Source: Alphaproteobacteria bacterium
Lineage (GTDB): Bacteria > Pseudomonadota > Alphaproteobacteria > UBA6615
Assembly: GCA_965261975.1 (NCBI GenBank)
Contig: CBDHEC010000022.1
Location: 32,801-96,800 of the forward strand
Direction of reading: 5' to 3'
Length of the DNA stretch: 64,000 nt
Part shown: positions 9,662 through 19,744 of the stretch, piece after piece
Layout of the letters: every line of letters begins with the position of its first letter
How positions within the stretch are numbered: the first letter of the stretch is position 1
Made by a program: the position numbers and the translations under genes
Notes under the pieces: generated by a model
What the model was told of the DNA's origin: nothing
The model's input: only the letters and a program-made list of their open reading frames with translations
Databases searched by the model: none

Positions 9662-10813
9662 TTGTTTGCTGAAAGCCAGGCCGAAAGCGTCCTCGACGTC
9701 GACGCATTGTTGCGTCTGGCCCACGACAGGTCTGCCGAAGCGCGGCGCGATCTCGTCGAGATCATCAGCGATCTTTTCTTCGACCAGAATCGCATCCTGA
9801 GCGAGCGCGAACGCGCGACCATGTCGGATATTCTGCGGCAACTGATTCACGACGTGGAAATTTCGGTGCGCAAGCATCTGGCGATCCGGCTGTCCGACGA
9901 ACCCCAGGCGCCATCGGAACTGGTTTTCGCGCTGGCCAACGACAATGCCGAAATCGCCCATCCGATCCTGATGCGCAGCGACGTCCTGAAAGACACGCAA
10001 CTTATTGAAATCACTCGAAACAGGGACCTGGAACACCAGCTGTCGGTGGCGATGCGCGACTCCGTCTCCGAGCAGGTCGCCGGCGCGCTGGTCGAGACCA
10101 GCGAGGTCAGTGTCATCGAAAGACTTCTCGAGAACCCGGGTGCGGAAATCGGGCGCGAGGCCATGACCTACCTCGTCGAGCAGTCCCAGCGCGTTGACGC
10201 CTTCCAAAACCCACTGATACGCCGCAAGGATCTCCCCCGGGACCTCGCGGAACGCATGTACTGGTGGGTCTCTGCCGCATTGCGCACCGAGATTCTGGAC
10301 CGGCACGACCTCGATGTAGAACAGCTCGACGACGTCATGGAGTCCGCCATCGAGGCCGCCGTCCGGTCCGATTCCGAGTTGGTGTCGGGCGGTGAAGCGG
10401 CCTCACAACTCGCCACAAGGATGGTCGCGCAACTCGGTTTCTCGGCCGAGCTGCTGATTCAGGTCCTGCGGGCCGGGGAGATATCGCTCTTCGAACATAT
10501 CGTTGAGCAAACAACCGAACTGCGTCAGCCCCTCGTCCAGCGGCTGATCTATGAATCCGGCGGCGAAGGTCTGGCGATCATGTGTCGTGCGATCGGGTTC
10601 AGCGCTGCGGATTTCCAGACATTACATGAGCTGTGCCGCGAAGCGCGCCCGCAACGCAAGGAAGTGTATCCGGTGGCGCGTGCACAACCTGCGGTGTTCT
10701 ATGAGTTGATCAAGCCGGCGGCGGCCGAAAAGGTACTGGACCGCTGGCGCCGCAACCCCGACTATCTCGACCTCCTGCGCCAGATTGAGTCGATTGCTGC
10801 CGACCCGGACTGA
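9662..10813 (+). CDS. DUF2336 domain-containing protein
   Basis: VRKHLAIRLS...LANDNAEIAHPILMRSDVL...LLENPGAEI pattern typical of DUF2336; TTG start. Confidence 0.8.
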   Translation: MFAESQAESVLDVDALLRLAHDRSAEARRDLVEIISDLFFDQNRILSERERATMSDILRQLIHDVEISVRKHLAIRLSDEPQAPSELVFALANDNAEIAHPILMRSDVLKDTQLIEITRNRDLEHQLSVAMRDSVSEQVAGALVETSEVSVIERLLENPGAEIGREAMTYLVEQSQRVDAFQNPLIRRKDLPRDLAERMYWWVSAALRTEILDRHDLDVEQLDDVMESAIEAAVRSDSELVSGGEAASQLATRMVAQLGFSAELLIQVLRAGEISLFEHIVEQTTELRQPLVQRLIYESGGEGLAIMCRAIGFSAADFQTLHELCREARPQRKEVYPVARAQPAVFYELIKPAAAEKVLDRWRRNPDYLDLLRQIESIAADPD

Positions 10814-11045
10814 GTCCCGATGCTACCGGTCCGGAATCGGAATATTGAAATTATATTACAATATACGGAAATATAACGTTCGATAAATACAAAGACTTAT
10901 GAATTGTGAAGGCATAATTCTTGCTTCTTCTTGTATTGTCGAAGCGCCATACCGAGGTTTTTAGGGGTTAGTGTTTCGAGTTGCGTCGGTCCGGCGCTAA
11001 TTTGAGAACGATCTTTCGCATTGTGCGATCCGAACGGAGACCAAA

Positions 11046-11768
11046 ATGTCTGGTTCAGGTAGCGGTAGTGGGGCCTACGACGATCTGTCGGTGCTTCTCG
11101 GCGACCACACCCTGGGTGACCAGGGTGGCGGCGACATCATCTTTGCCGATGGCGAAGGCAACGACACGGTATCCGGCGGTGCGGGCAACGACTTCATCGT
11201 CGGACGCGGTGGCGCCGACACGATCGAGGGCGGTGCTGGCGAAGACGCGATCTTCGGTGACTATTTCGACGATTGGTACGACCGTTCCAACGGGTCCGGC
11301 TCGGGCGGCAGCGCCTCCAGGGCCGGCGGCTCGGGCAGCGGCACCGCGGTCACATTCAATGATTACCTTTCCGGCGGTGCGGGCAGCGATCTGCTGGTCG
11401 GCGGCATGGGCAATGACGAGCTGCGCGGCGGCACCGACGATGACGTGCTGTATGGCGATACCTATGGCGGCGGCGACAGCGAATACACCTGGGGTGCAGG
11501 CTGGGAAGACCCACGCTTCGACGCCGAAACTGGTACGGCCACTGGCAGTGGCAGCGGTTCGGGCGGCGGTTCAGGTGCCATCAGCTACACCTTCGACGAC
11601 CTGCTTGTCGGCGGCGGCGGGGACGACATCCTGCTGGGCCAGCTCGGCGACGACACGCTTTATGGCGGGCTCGGCAATGACACCCTGTTCGGCGGTGTCG
11701 GCTGCGGTCGGTACCGATGGCAAACTCCGCGCCGCGCGTGCAAAGCACATGGGCACCACCCGCCGTGA
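11046..11768 (+). CDS. RTX/hemolysin-type calcium-binding protein, apparently 3'-truncated near 11700
   Basis: Multiple GGxGxDxL nonapeptides with GSGSG linkers. The last ~21 aa are read from the antisense strand of the neighbouring gene. Confidence 0.8.
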   Translation: MSGSGSGSGAYDDLSVLLGDHTLGDQGGGDIIFADGEGNDTVSGGAGNDFIVGRGGADTIEGGAGEDAIFGDYFDDWYDRSNGSGSGGSASRAGGSGSGTAVTFNDYLSGGAGSDLLVGGMGNDELRGGTDDDVLYGDTYGGGDSEYTWGAGWEDPRFDAETGTATGSGSGSGGGSGAISYTFDDLLVGGGGDDILLGQLGDDTLYGGLGNDTLFGGVGCGRYRWQTPRRACKAHGHHPP

Positions 11769-12651
11769 CCCGGACCTTGTCTTCCGCCAGACATACCGCC
11801 TCGTCCCACCAGTCCCCACCATCCTTGTAGTGGACCACCAGCGCCAGCCGGACGGCTGTGTGGAACGTGGCATAGGTCAGGAAATACTCTCGCGCCGCAC
11901 CGGGATTGGTCCCGGCGGGCGCATTGGCGACGGCGATATCCGCCAGCCCCCGAACAGGCGGCACATACTCGTCCGCCAGCAACCACGCAAAATCATCGAG
12001 CGCATTGCGGGCGCCGCAATGCTCCAAGTCGAACCAGCCGATCGACCCGTCCGTCTGTACCACCGCGTTCCCCGGTCGCGCATCCCACTTCAGGAAACAG
12101 GGATCACCGGCCCGCAACAAAGCCACCAAACCATCAACGTCGAGCGCGGGCGCCGGGGCACCCAGAGCTTCCCCGATTCGGTTCGGTGTATCGATCAGGT
12201 CCTGCAACCAGCTGTCGGCCACGACCAGCTTGACCACATTTTCATGCAGTTGCGTCTCGGCGCCGATCTCATGAATCCGGGCCAGCCCCGATGCCGCCGT
12301 GGACAGCAACACATAGGCCCGCTCCGGGTCACAATTCATCAGCACATGGGGCAAACGCTCGCCAGCCAGATACTCCTGGATCAGCCAGGCGCCGTCATAT
12401 GCGAGAACCTCGGGCACGGCGGCACCATGTTCATGCAGGGTCTTGAGCACATTGGCCTCAAGCATGGACCGCGCTCGCCGTTTCCGGCGGGTGGCGATCA
12501 CGGTCACGTCTTCAAGATGAACCCGCACGGACCGGCGCGACTGGCTGGCCGGCCAATCGACATTGGTGACCTTCTGGCCCAGGAGACGCTCACACGCGGC
12601 AGCGGCCTCGTTGGCAAACTGCTGGGGATCGCGAACCCGGCGGGTGGCCAT
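11581..12651 (-). CDS. Aminoglycoside phosphotransferase/kinase-like protein, native C-terminus probably lost near 11700
   Basis: VPEVLAYDGAWLIQEYL, LARIH, KWDARPGNA and WFDLEH kinase-like motifs. The Arg-rich tail is RTX antisense. Confidence 0.75.
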   Translation of the reverse strand: MATRRVRDPQQFANEAAAACERLLGQKVTNVDWPASQSRRSVRVHLEDVTVIATRRKRRARSMLEANVLKTLHEHGAAVPEVLAYDGAWLIQEYLAGERLPHVLMNCDPERAYVLLSTAASGLARIHEIGAETQLHENVVKLVVADSWLQDLIDTPNRIGEALGAPAPALDVDGLVALLRAGDPCFLKWDARPGNAVVQTDGSIGWFDLEHCGARNALDDFAWLLADEYVPPVRGLADIAVANAPAGTNPGAAREYFLTYATFHTAVRLALVVHYKDGGDWWDEAVCLAEDKVRVTAGGAHVLCTRGAEFAIGTDRSRHRRTGCHCRARHKACRRRAGPAGCRPRRRRQAGRRRCS

Positions 12652-12660
12652 GCCGTGTTC

Positions 12661-13857
12661 CTAGGCCCGCGAAAGGGCTGCAACACCCGGCAGGGTCTTG
12701 CCTTCGAGCCATTCGAGGAAGGCGCCGCCGGCGGCGGATACGTAGCTGAAGTCATCCGTTACGCCTGCGTGGTTCAAGGCCGCGACCGTATCGCCGCCAC
12801 CCGCGACCGATAGCAGGCTGCCGGATTGCGTTAAGCCCGCCGCCGCACGGGCGACCTCCACGGTGGCCAGGTCGAAGGGTTCGATTTCGAACGCGCCGAG
12901 GGGGCCGTTCCACACGATCGTGCGCACCTCGGCGAGACGCGCGGCCATGCCGGCCACACTCCCGGGGCCGATATCGAGGATCATCTGGTCCGCGGGCACC
13001 GCATCGACGGGCACGACACGACTGGTCGCGCCGGCCTTGAACTCTCCCCCGATAACGACGTCGGATGGCAGCACCACCTCGCAGCCGATTTCGTCGGCCC
13101 GGGCAAGAATCCCGCGCGCGGTCTCCGCCATGTCATGCTCACACAGGGACGCACCCACATCGATGCCCATGGCGTTGAGGAATGTGTTGGCCATGCCGCC
13201 GCCGATCGCAAGCTGATCCACACGCGAGATCAGGTTGCCCAGGAGATCGAGCTTGGATGCGATCTTCGCGCCGCCGACGACCGCCATCACCGGTCGCTCC
13301 GGGCTCCCCAGCGCGCGATCCAGGGCCTCGAGCTCGGCCTGCATCAGGCGTCCGGCATAGGCCGGCAAAAGATGAGCGACCCCTTCGGTGGACGCATGTG
13401 CGCGGTGTGCCGCCGAAAAGGCGTCGTTCACATAGGCCTCTGCCAGATCGGCCAATGCCCGGGCAAAGCCCTTGTCGTTCGCCTCCTCGCCCAGGTGATA
13501 ACGGGCATTCTCGAGGACCAGAATATCCCCGTTGACCATCGCACCCGAAGCATCCATCGCCGCATCACCGATACAATCCGGCACGAACGCCACGGGCCGC
13601 CCCAGCACCGCACCCAGTTCCTTGGCCACGGGCGCCAGCGACATCTCGAGCACGCGCTCGCCTCTGGGCCGCCCGAAATGTGACGTCACCAGAACTTTCG
13701 CCCCCTTGTCGGCCAGCTCCAGAATGGTGGGCGCCAGCCGTTCGAGGCGCGTCCGGTCCGTGACCTTTCCGTCGGCCATGGGGACATTAAGGTCGGCCCG
13801 CAGCAGTATACGTTTACCGGCGGCATCGAGATCGTCGAGGGTGCGAAACGCGCTCAT
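12661..13857 (-). CDS. pgk: Phosphoglycerate kinase
   Basis: [32 protein letters not shown] and [16 protein letters not shown]. Confidence 0.97.
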   Translation of the reverse strand: MSAFRTLDDLDAAGKRILLRADLNVPMADGKVTDRTRLERLAPTILELADKGAKVLVTSHFGRPRGERVLEMSLAPVAKELGAVLGRPVAFVPDCIGDAAMDASGAMVNGDILVLENARYHLGEEANDKGFARALADLAEAYVNDAFSAAHRAHASTEGVAHLLPAYAGRLMQAELEALDRALGSPERPVMAVVGGAKIASKLDLLGNLISRVDQLAIGGGMANTFLNAMGIDVGASLCEHDMAETARGILARADEIGCEVVLPSDVVIGGEFKAGATSRVVPVDAVPADQMILDIGPGSVAGMAARLAEVRTIVWNGPLGAFEIEPFDLATVEVARAAAGLTQSGSLLSVAGGGDTVAALNHAGVTDDFSYVSAAGGAFLEWLEGKTLPGVAALSRA

Positions 13858-13971
13858 GTTGATTGAATTTCCGTTTGAATTGTCTGGCCACGCCGCGTCT
13901 GCAGCACCCCCGTTATAGCAGCGCGAAGGTCACGGTAAAGCAGGATGCGTCATGAAAACACGCCCGCCCCA

Positions 13972-15192
13972 TCAACTGGTGCGGCGCATCTCGATCCAGC
14001 GCAGCAGCAACATGAGCCCGCTTCCCGTGACGGCGGCGATGACGAGCGTAACGGGCGCGGAATCCCAGGTTCCCGTGACCGTGACGACCTTCGCCATGGC
14101 CACGGGCCCGAGGAGTTGCCCGAGCTGCGAACCCTGCATCATCAAACCGGTCGTCGCACCGACGAGCGCGGCCGTCGGTGCGACGACCGCCGCGGTGGCG
14201 AAGAGGCAGGCGGGAATGATACCCGCGATGAAGGACAGGAAGATCGCCGCCGACAAACGCACGGCGAACGTCAGACCATCGTCATACATCAACATCGCGC
14301 TCACCCCGAGGAGTGCGAATGTCATGATCACGAGCTTCCAGCGCGCCACGCCGCGATGAATGGCGATGCCGCCGACGATGTTGCCGACCACGTTGACCGC
14401 GGTCACGAACGCCGTCAGCGGCGCCACGCTTCCCAGCCCGAGCGCCTCCGCCTCCACATAGAAGGTGGGAAGCAAGGCCACCACCGTCACATGGATGGAG
14501 GAATAGGTCGTGAATGTCAGGGCCAACACGAGCGGCCCGGCTTGCGTGAAAGTGCGCAGCGCCTGTCCGAATGGCGGCGGCGGTGCCGGCGGGTGGATCA
14601 CGTCCCTGCTTCGCGTCCCAAAGGCAACCAGTAGCATGACCAAGATCGCCAGCACGCCATTGACGCTCCACAGGCCGCGCCACCCTGACGCCTCCAGGAT
14701 AATCGGCGTCACGAGAATCATGATAGCCACACCGGCCGGCCAGTAACCGCCGTAGAAGCCGAAAATCAGGCGATGGTGACGCGGCTCGGCAAACTGCAGA
14801 AACAACGCCGGCGCCACGGCGACGACCACAACAAACCCGAACCCCTCGAGCACACGGCTTGCGAGCAGCATGGCGAAACCATCCGCACCGGCACCCAGGA
14901 AGCTCGCCGCGGCCATCGCGACGAAGCCGGACAGAAGCAGCTTGCGATGACCCAGTCGATCTCCCAGCGCGCCGGCGAACATGCCGAATGCGATGCCCAG
15001 CAGGTTGAAGATGGAAATGATCCAGACACCCTCTTCCAGGGAGAGGCCAAGATCGGCCTGCATCACCGGCAGCGCGACGGGCGCCTTGCCGATCTGGAAG
15101 GCCGCCGTGACGGAGGCCAGCACGACAACGCAGACCGCAAACCAGTTGGTCCGCGACCGCGGCTCACCCGTGCGGGCGTCATGCGCGCTCAT
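13972..15192 (-). CDS. MFS transporter
   Basis: About 12 TM segments; motif A-like GALGDRLGHRK. Confidence 0.88.
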   Translation of the reverse strand: MSAHDARTGEPRSRTNWFAVCVVVLASVTAAFQIGKAPVALPVMQADLGLSLEEGVWIISIFNLLGIAFGMFAGALGDRLGHRKLLLSGFVAMAAASFLGAGADGFAMLLASRVLEGFGFVVVVAVAPALFLQFAEPRHHRLIFGFYGGYWPAGVAIMILVTPIILEASGWRGLWSVNGVLAILVMLLVAFGTRSRDVIHPPAPPPPFGQALRTFTQAGPLVLALTFTTYSSIHVTVVALLPTFYVEAEALGLGSVAPLTAFVTAVNVVGNIVGGIAIHRGVARWKLVIMTFALLGVSAMLMYDDGLTFAVRLSAAIFLSFIAGIIPACLFATAAVVAPTAALVGATTGLMMQGSQLGQLLGPVAMAKVVTVTGTWDSAPVTLVIAAVTGSGLMLLLRWIEMRRTS

Positions 15193-15201
15193 GTTCGGGG
15201 A

Positions 15202-15900
15202 TCAGGCTTTTGGGGCGATGTGGAGATACAACCGCGGCCCGCTAAGCGACACCGTGGGGCGATAATGGCCCGCTTCCTGATGGGGCACGACGTCGCGGAT
15301 CAGCGAATCGAGCATCCAGGCCTCTCCGGCAAAGTTGACCGCGAGCACCGCATGCTGGCGGTTACGGTCCTGGTCGAGGACCTGCACAATCCGCATCCGC
15401 GCCGGGTGGAAGCCCACTTTCTCAAGCAGCTTGAACTTGGCCATCGCGAAATCTTCGCAATCGCCGCCATTCTTGAAGAACGTCGCCGTATCGGCCCAGA
15501 AATCGCGCAACCCGTAATTGTCGATATCCTCGATATACGGCATGCGGTTGGCGAAATCGTTGACCATGCGCATGCGCTCTTGCGCACTGAAGGCGCCCGC
15601 CGCCTGGAAGATGGCGTCCGGCGTACCGCCACTGACCGCCGATACCGGTGCCGCCTTGACCACCGCCTGCGCGAAATCGGAGGCGATCTCATCTTCGAGC
15701 GGCTTGATGGCGGCGCGTGCGCGCGGCAGCTTCTTGACCGTGCTGCCGATGAAATATTCCTTGGTTCCGAACAACGCCGGAAAGCCGCTCACGGGCTTGG
15801 AGACATCCTCGACACCCGCGACCGACGCCCATGCCGACGAGCCGGCCAGGGAGGCCGCCGCACCGGCACCCAGTGCCGCCAGAAAACCGCGTCGTTCCAT
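15202..15900 (-). CDS. Transglutaminase-like cysteine peptidase (BTLCP/LapG family) with Tat-like signal
   Basis: GGDCEDFAMAK, HAVLAV and MLDS catalytic triad motifs; N-terminus MERRGFLAALGAGAAA. Confidence 0.85.
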   Translation of the reverse strand: MERRGFLAALGAGAAASLAGSSAWASVAGVEDVSKPVSGFPALFGTKEYFIGSTVKKLPRARAAIKPLEDEIASDFAQAVVKAAPVSAVSGGTPDAIFQAAGAFSAQERMRMVNDFANRMPYIEDIDNYGLRDFWADTATFFKNGGDCEDFAMAKFKLLEKVGFHPARMRIVQVLDQDRNRQHAVLAVNFAGEAWMLDSLIRDVVPHQEAGHYRPTVSLSGPRLYLHIAPKA

Positions 15901-15976
15901 CGAAAGCTCACTAAGCCTTTGCCATGACCGAAAACTATCACCGCCAACCGCCGAGCCCCAATCACTAATTCGGCCG

Positions 15977-15984
15977 ATGGTTAA
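15977..15984 (-). promoter_or_regulatory. Possible CtrA half-site TTAACCAT upstream of the BTLCP gene
   Basis: Exact TTAACCAT on the minus strand about 80 bp upstream of the start. Confidence 0.3.
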
Positions 15985-15994
15985 CCCCGGGCCG

Positions 15995-17191
15995 TCACCC
16001 TTCGAGCGCGACAGCCAGGTCCAGCAGCATCTCGTCATTCCCGTGACCGGCGATAACGCCCAGCCCCACCGGCCCGTCGGCGGTCTCGGCCAGCGGCAGC
16101 GAGACCTGGGGCAGGCGCGCCAACGGGGCGGTGCAGTTGTAAAGCTCGTTCATGTTCCGGAGCTTGTCGTAGACCGTCTCGTCCGCCCGGGCCAAGGGCG
16201 CCGCCGCCGGCGCGGCGGGCACGAGCATGACAGCATCGTCACGCAGGGTCCCGGCCATATAGCCGTCGATCATCGCGCGTTTTGACACGGCATCCGCGAT
16301 ATCCCCCGGCCCATACGCACCCCCGGCCTCAAATCGCTCGCGAAAGTTCGGGCCCATTTCAGGATCGGTCGCGCGAATCCAGTCGAGACGTGATGCGGCC
16401 GCTTCGGAGCCGCGCGTCACTTGCATCACCTGTTGCCATTCCGGGTAACCGCCGGCCAGCCCCGCACCCTCGCTCGGCCGGATCGGCGTGGCGTCACCAT
16501 AGATTGCCTCGACCCGTGCAATCGCCGGCGCGAGCGCCTCGCGCACATCTCCCGCGACCAATGCAAACGCATCCTCGGCGATCAAAATCCGCGTGGGCGG
16601 CGGCTTGTCCGACCAGTCGAGCAACACGGGCGCGATCCAGCGAAACAAGGCCGCCTCGCGCGCGAACCAGCCGCAGGTATCGAGGCTCGGTGCCAGGGGC
16701 ATCACCCCCTGCAGCGACACCCGTCCGTGGCTCGGCCGAATGCCGTACAACCCGCAGAACGACGCCGGTGCACGCACCGATCCGCCGGTGTCCGTGCCCA
16801 GCGCGAAATCGACCTGCTCGCAGGCGACGACCGACGCCGAGCCCGACGAGGACCCGCCGGGAATCCGCCCTTCGGCCCGCGGATTTATCGGTGTGCCGTA
16901 GTGAAAATTCTCGCCGATCAGGCCATAGGCGAACTCTTCGGTGATGGTTTTGCCCGCCAGGCTAGCGCCGGCATCGAGAAGTTGCCGTACCGCCGTGGCG
17001 TGGCGAGGCGCGGGGTCATGGCTTGCAAACCAGTCGGGGTTGCCGGCGCCAGTGACCACACCCTCGACATCTATGATGTCCTTGACGGCGAAACGCAGTC
17101 CCTTGAGCGGCCCTTCCGGCGCACCCGGCGCAGTTACATCGTCGATATGGCTACAGAATCCCGAGACGAATGTCCCAAACAGCTCGCTCAT
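15995..17191 (-). CDS. Amidase signature family protein
   Basis: AVKDII, PGGSSSGSA and GTDTGGSVRAPASFCG; start ATG 17191. Confidence 0.9.
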   Translation of the reverse strand: MSELFGTFVSGFCSHIDDVTAPGAPEGPLKGLRFAVKDIIDVEGVVTGAGNPDWFASHDPAPRHATAVRQLLDAGASLAGKTITEEFAYGLIGENFHYGTPINPRAEGRIPGGSSSGSASVVACEQVDFALGTDTGGSVRAPASFCGLYGIRPSHGRVSLQGVMPLAPSLDTCGWFAREAALFRWIAPVLLDWSDKPPPTRILIAEDAFALVAGDVREALAPAIARVEAIYGDATPIRPSEGAGLAGGYPEWQQVMQVTRGSEAAASRLDWIRATDPEMGPNFRERFEAGGAYGPGDIADAVSKRAMIDGYMAGTLRDDAVMLVPAAPAAAPLARADETVYDKLRNMNELYNCTAPLARLPQVSLPLAETADGPVGLGVIAGHGNDEMLLDLAVALEG

Positions 17192-17198
17192 TCTCAGT

Positions 17199-18413
17199 TT
17201 ACTCCGGTATCGGTACGGTGGGCGCCACGCCCGCCTCTTGCAGTGTCTGGGCAAGCTCCAGCAGCATTTCATCGTTGCCACGCGCCGCCGCAAGACCAAG
17301 CCCAAGGGGCAATCCGTCAACTTCCGTCAGCGGCAGCACAATTTCGGGCAACTGCCCGAGGCCGGATAGGGCGCCGATCGGCTCATTGGTCGCCCGGAAC
17401 GGATCAATTTCCGCATCGCTGCCGCCGATCCGCGGGGCCGTGCCCGGTGCCGCGGGAAGCGCGATGACGGCGCCGTCGGCGAGCAAACCATCGAGATAGG
17501 CGGAAAGCCGATCGCGCCGGACCAGGGCCTCTGCGGCCGCCTCTGCCGTCACACGCGCGCGCGCCTCGAAGCGCGCCGCGACCCCGCTCCCCAGGGTCGG
17601 CCGCTCGGACGTCATCCAGTCGCCATGCTCGGCCCATGCCTCGCGACCCCACAGCGTGCGTGCCGTGAGAGCCCATGTCTCGAGACCCGCGACGGGGGCA
17701 TCATCCGCGACCCGCAAAGGTTCGGGAGTCCCCAGCAACCCCGCCACCTTATCGATGGCACCCGCGAGCGCGTCACGGGTACGGTCGTCGACCAGCGCCA
17801 TCAAATCCTCGGCGACGAGAAACTTGCCCGTCGACGGCGCGGCGGCGAAATCGGGCAACAGCACGGCGCCAACCGTTGCGAAGAGTTCGGCGTCCCGCGC
17901 AAACCAACCGATGACATCGAGGCTGCGCGACAGGGGCATGACGCCATCTGTCGCCACCCGGCCGTGGGTCGGCCTAATCCCGTAGACGCCGCAGAAGCTT
18001 GCCGGCGAGCGCACCGACCCACCCGTGTCGGAACCAAGCGCGAAATCCACCAGCCCGGCCGTCACCGCCGCCGCGGAACCGGATGACGAGCCACCCGACA
18101 CATGACCGGGCGCGTTCAGGTTCAGCGGCGTGCCGTGATGAATATTCTCACCCGTCAGGCCGGTGGCGAACTCCTCGGTCACGGTCTTGCCGACGAGTGT
18201 GGCACCCGCATCCAGACAACGCTGGATGACCGACGCGGTGGCCGTGGCGGGGCCGTGTGTGCGCAGCCAGTCCGGATTGCCGCAACTGGTGGTCCGCCCG
18301 GCAACATCGATGATGTCCTTGGCGGCGAAAGTCTTGCCCGCCAAAGGTCCTTCGGACGCACCCTCCAGCCGAAATACGCCATCCGGCACGAACGCACCCA
18401 CCGTATCCTTCAT
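17199..18413 (-). CDS. Amidase signature family protein (tandem paralog)
   Basis: AAKDII, SGGSSSGSA and GSDTGGSVRSPASFCG. Confidence 0.9.
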   Translation of the reverse strand: MKDTVGAFVPDGVFRLEGASEGPLAGKTFAAKDIIDVAGRTTSCGNPDWLRTHGPATATASVIQRCLDAGATLVGKTVTEEFATGLTGENIHHGTPLNLNAPGHVSGGSSSGSAAAVTAGLVDFALGSDTGGSVRSPASFCGVYGIRPTHGRVATDGVMPLSRSLDVIGWFARDAELFATVGAVLLPDFAAAPSTGKFLVAEDLMALVDDRTRDALAGAIDKVAGLLGTPEPLRVADDAPVAGLETWALTARTLWGREAWAEHGDWMTSERPTLGSGVAARFEARARVTAEAAAEALVRRDRLSAYLDGLLADGAVIALPAAPGTAPRIGGSDAEIDPFRATNEPIGALSGLGQLPEIVLPLTEVDGLPLGLGLAAARGNDEMLLELAQTLQEAGVAPTVPIPE

Positions 18414-18530
18414 CGAAACCTCCCCGGGAAGAACGCGACTCTAGGGTTGGATCGGCCGCCCGCCAAGCCGTTTCACCGCGCGCATCGCCATCGTTTGCCC
18501 TGCGCACATGGCGGCGACTAACCTGACGCC

Positions 18531-19121
18531 ATGACCGACCAACCCACAGCGCTTTCAAGCGCGGAACTTGCGCAGACCGCGATCAACTGGCGCAACCTCA
18601 CCTGGGTCGTGCTGGCGCTCGCGGTGATGATCGGTGCGATCATCGTCAATGACATCTGGTTTCTGAACTTCGTACACGTGTTCACCGGGCTGCTCTGGAC
18701 CGGGATCGACCTACTGCTCGGCTTTGTGATTGGCCCCATCCTTCGGCGGCTCGAATTCCCGGTGCGCCGCGCGGTCTCCATGCGGCTCATTCCCCGACTG
18801 CTCTTCATCCTGCCGACGCTCGCCATCATCTGCCCCACCACGGGCTTGTTCATGGCCGTCGACCAGGGCTATCTCGGTCTGGCCTATCCCGAGCTGTGGT
18901 GGCTGATCGCCGCGCTGGCCATCACCGCGATCCTGTCGGTCCAGGGCATACTGGTGCTCCTGCCGACGAACGTCATGATCTATCTCGAGATGCGCAAGCC
19001 CGAACCCGACGGGCAGCGCATCGGCCGGCTGATGCGCCGTTATGTTCGGGTTGTGGCGTTCCAGGGTACGATGCAGGTCATCATCATCGTGATCATGAGC
19101 CGTTTCGCGACCGGGCTTTAG
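18531..19121 (+). CDS. Hypothetical integral membrane protein
   Basis: About 5 hydrophobic helices; coherent ORF. Confidence 0.7.
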   Translation: MTDQPTALSSAELAQTAINWRNLTWVVLALAVMIGAIIVNDIWFLNFVHVFTGLLWTGIDLLLGFVIGPILRRLEFPVRRAVSMRLIPRLLFILPTLAIICPTTGLFMAVDQGYLGLAYPELWWLIAALAITAILSVQGILVLLPTNVMIYLEMRKPEPDGQRIGRLMRRYVRVVAFQGTMQVIIIVIMSRFATGL

Positions 19122-19612
19122 GCTGGGCTTTCCCCGGCGATATGGCCGAGCGGCAATGCAGTGCGATAGCTGACCTGTTTGAGGGCAAAGCTCGACTTGA
19201 TGCTGGCCACCCCCGGGATCTTGGTCAGATGCTCGAGCAGGAAATGCTGGAACGAATCCAGGTCCGGCGCCACCACCCGCAGCAGGTAGTCGCTGTCGCC
19301 GGTCATCAGGTAGCACTCCATGACTTCGGGGCGCTCGACGATCCGCCGTTCGAACTCCTCCAGCGCGTTGTCGACCTGGCGCTCCAGGGAAACTTGCACG
19401 AACACGCTCACCGGCAGGCCGATAGCGGCCGGGTCCAACAGGGCCGTATAGCGTTGGATATATCCCTCGCGCTCCAGGTTCCGGACGCGGCGCAGGCAGG
19501 GCGACGGCGACAGATGCACCTTCCGCGCGAGGTCCGCATTGGCCATCCGCGCATCTTCCTGCAGCGAATCGAGGATATTTCGATCAATCGCATCGAGGTC
19601 ATTTATTGGCAT
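19118..19612 (-). CDS. Lrp/AsnC transcriptional regulator
   Basis: [17 protein letters not shown]...[14 protein letters not shown]...[15 protein letters not shown]. Confidence 0.93.
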   Translation of the reverse strand: MPINDLDAIDRNILDSLQEDARMANADLARKVHLSPSPCLRRVRNLEREGYIQRYTALLDPAAIGLPVSVFVQVSLERQVDNALEEFERRIVERPEVMECYLMTGDSDYLLRVVAPDLDSFQHFLLEHLTKIPGVASIKSSFALKQVSYRTALPLGHIAGESPA

Positions 19613-19744
19613 ATTACGCCCTTTAAGTGGGTTGATATTGATTTCTATTGCTTGAATTGACGGAGTTCCGGCCACATACGCAATCCCGAAGAAACACCGA
19701 AATGATAGACTTGGTCAATTCCAAGCTCATACCGGACAAGACCG

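Noticed and set aside
10981-12813. 610-aa plus-strand ORF
   Set aside because: It is an off-frame read of the RTX gene joined to the antisense of the phosphotransferase and pgk genes, with no coherent protein motifs.
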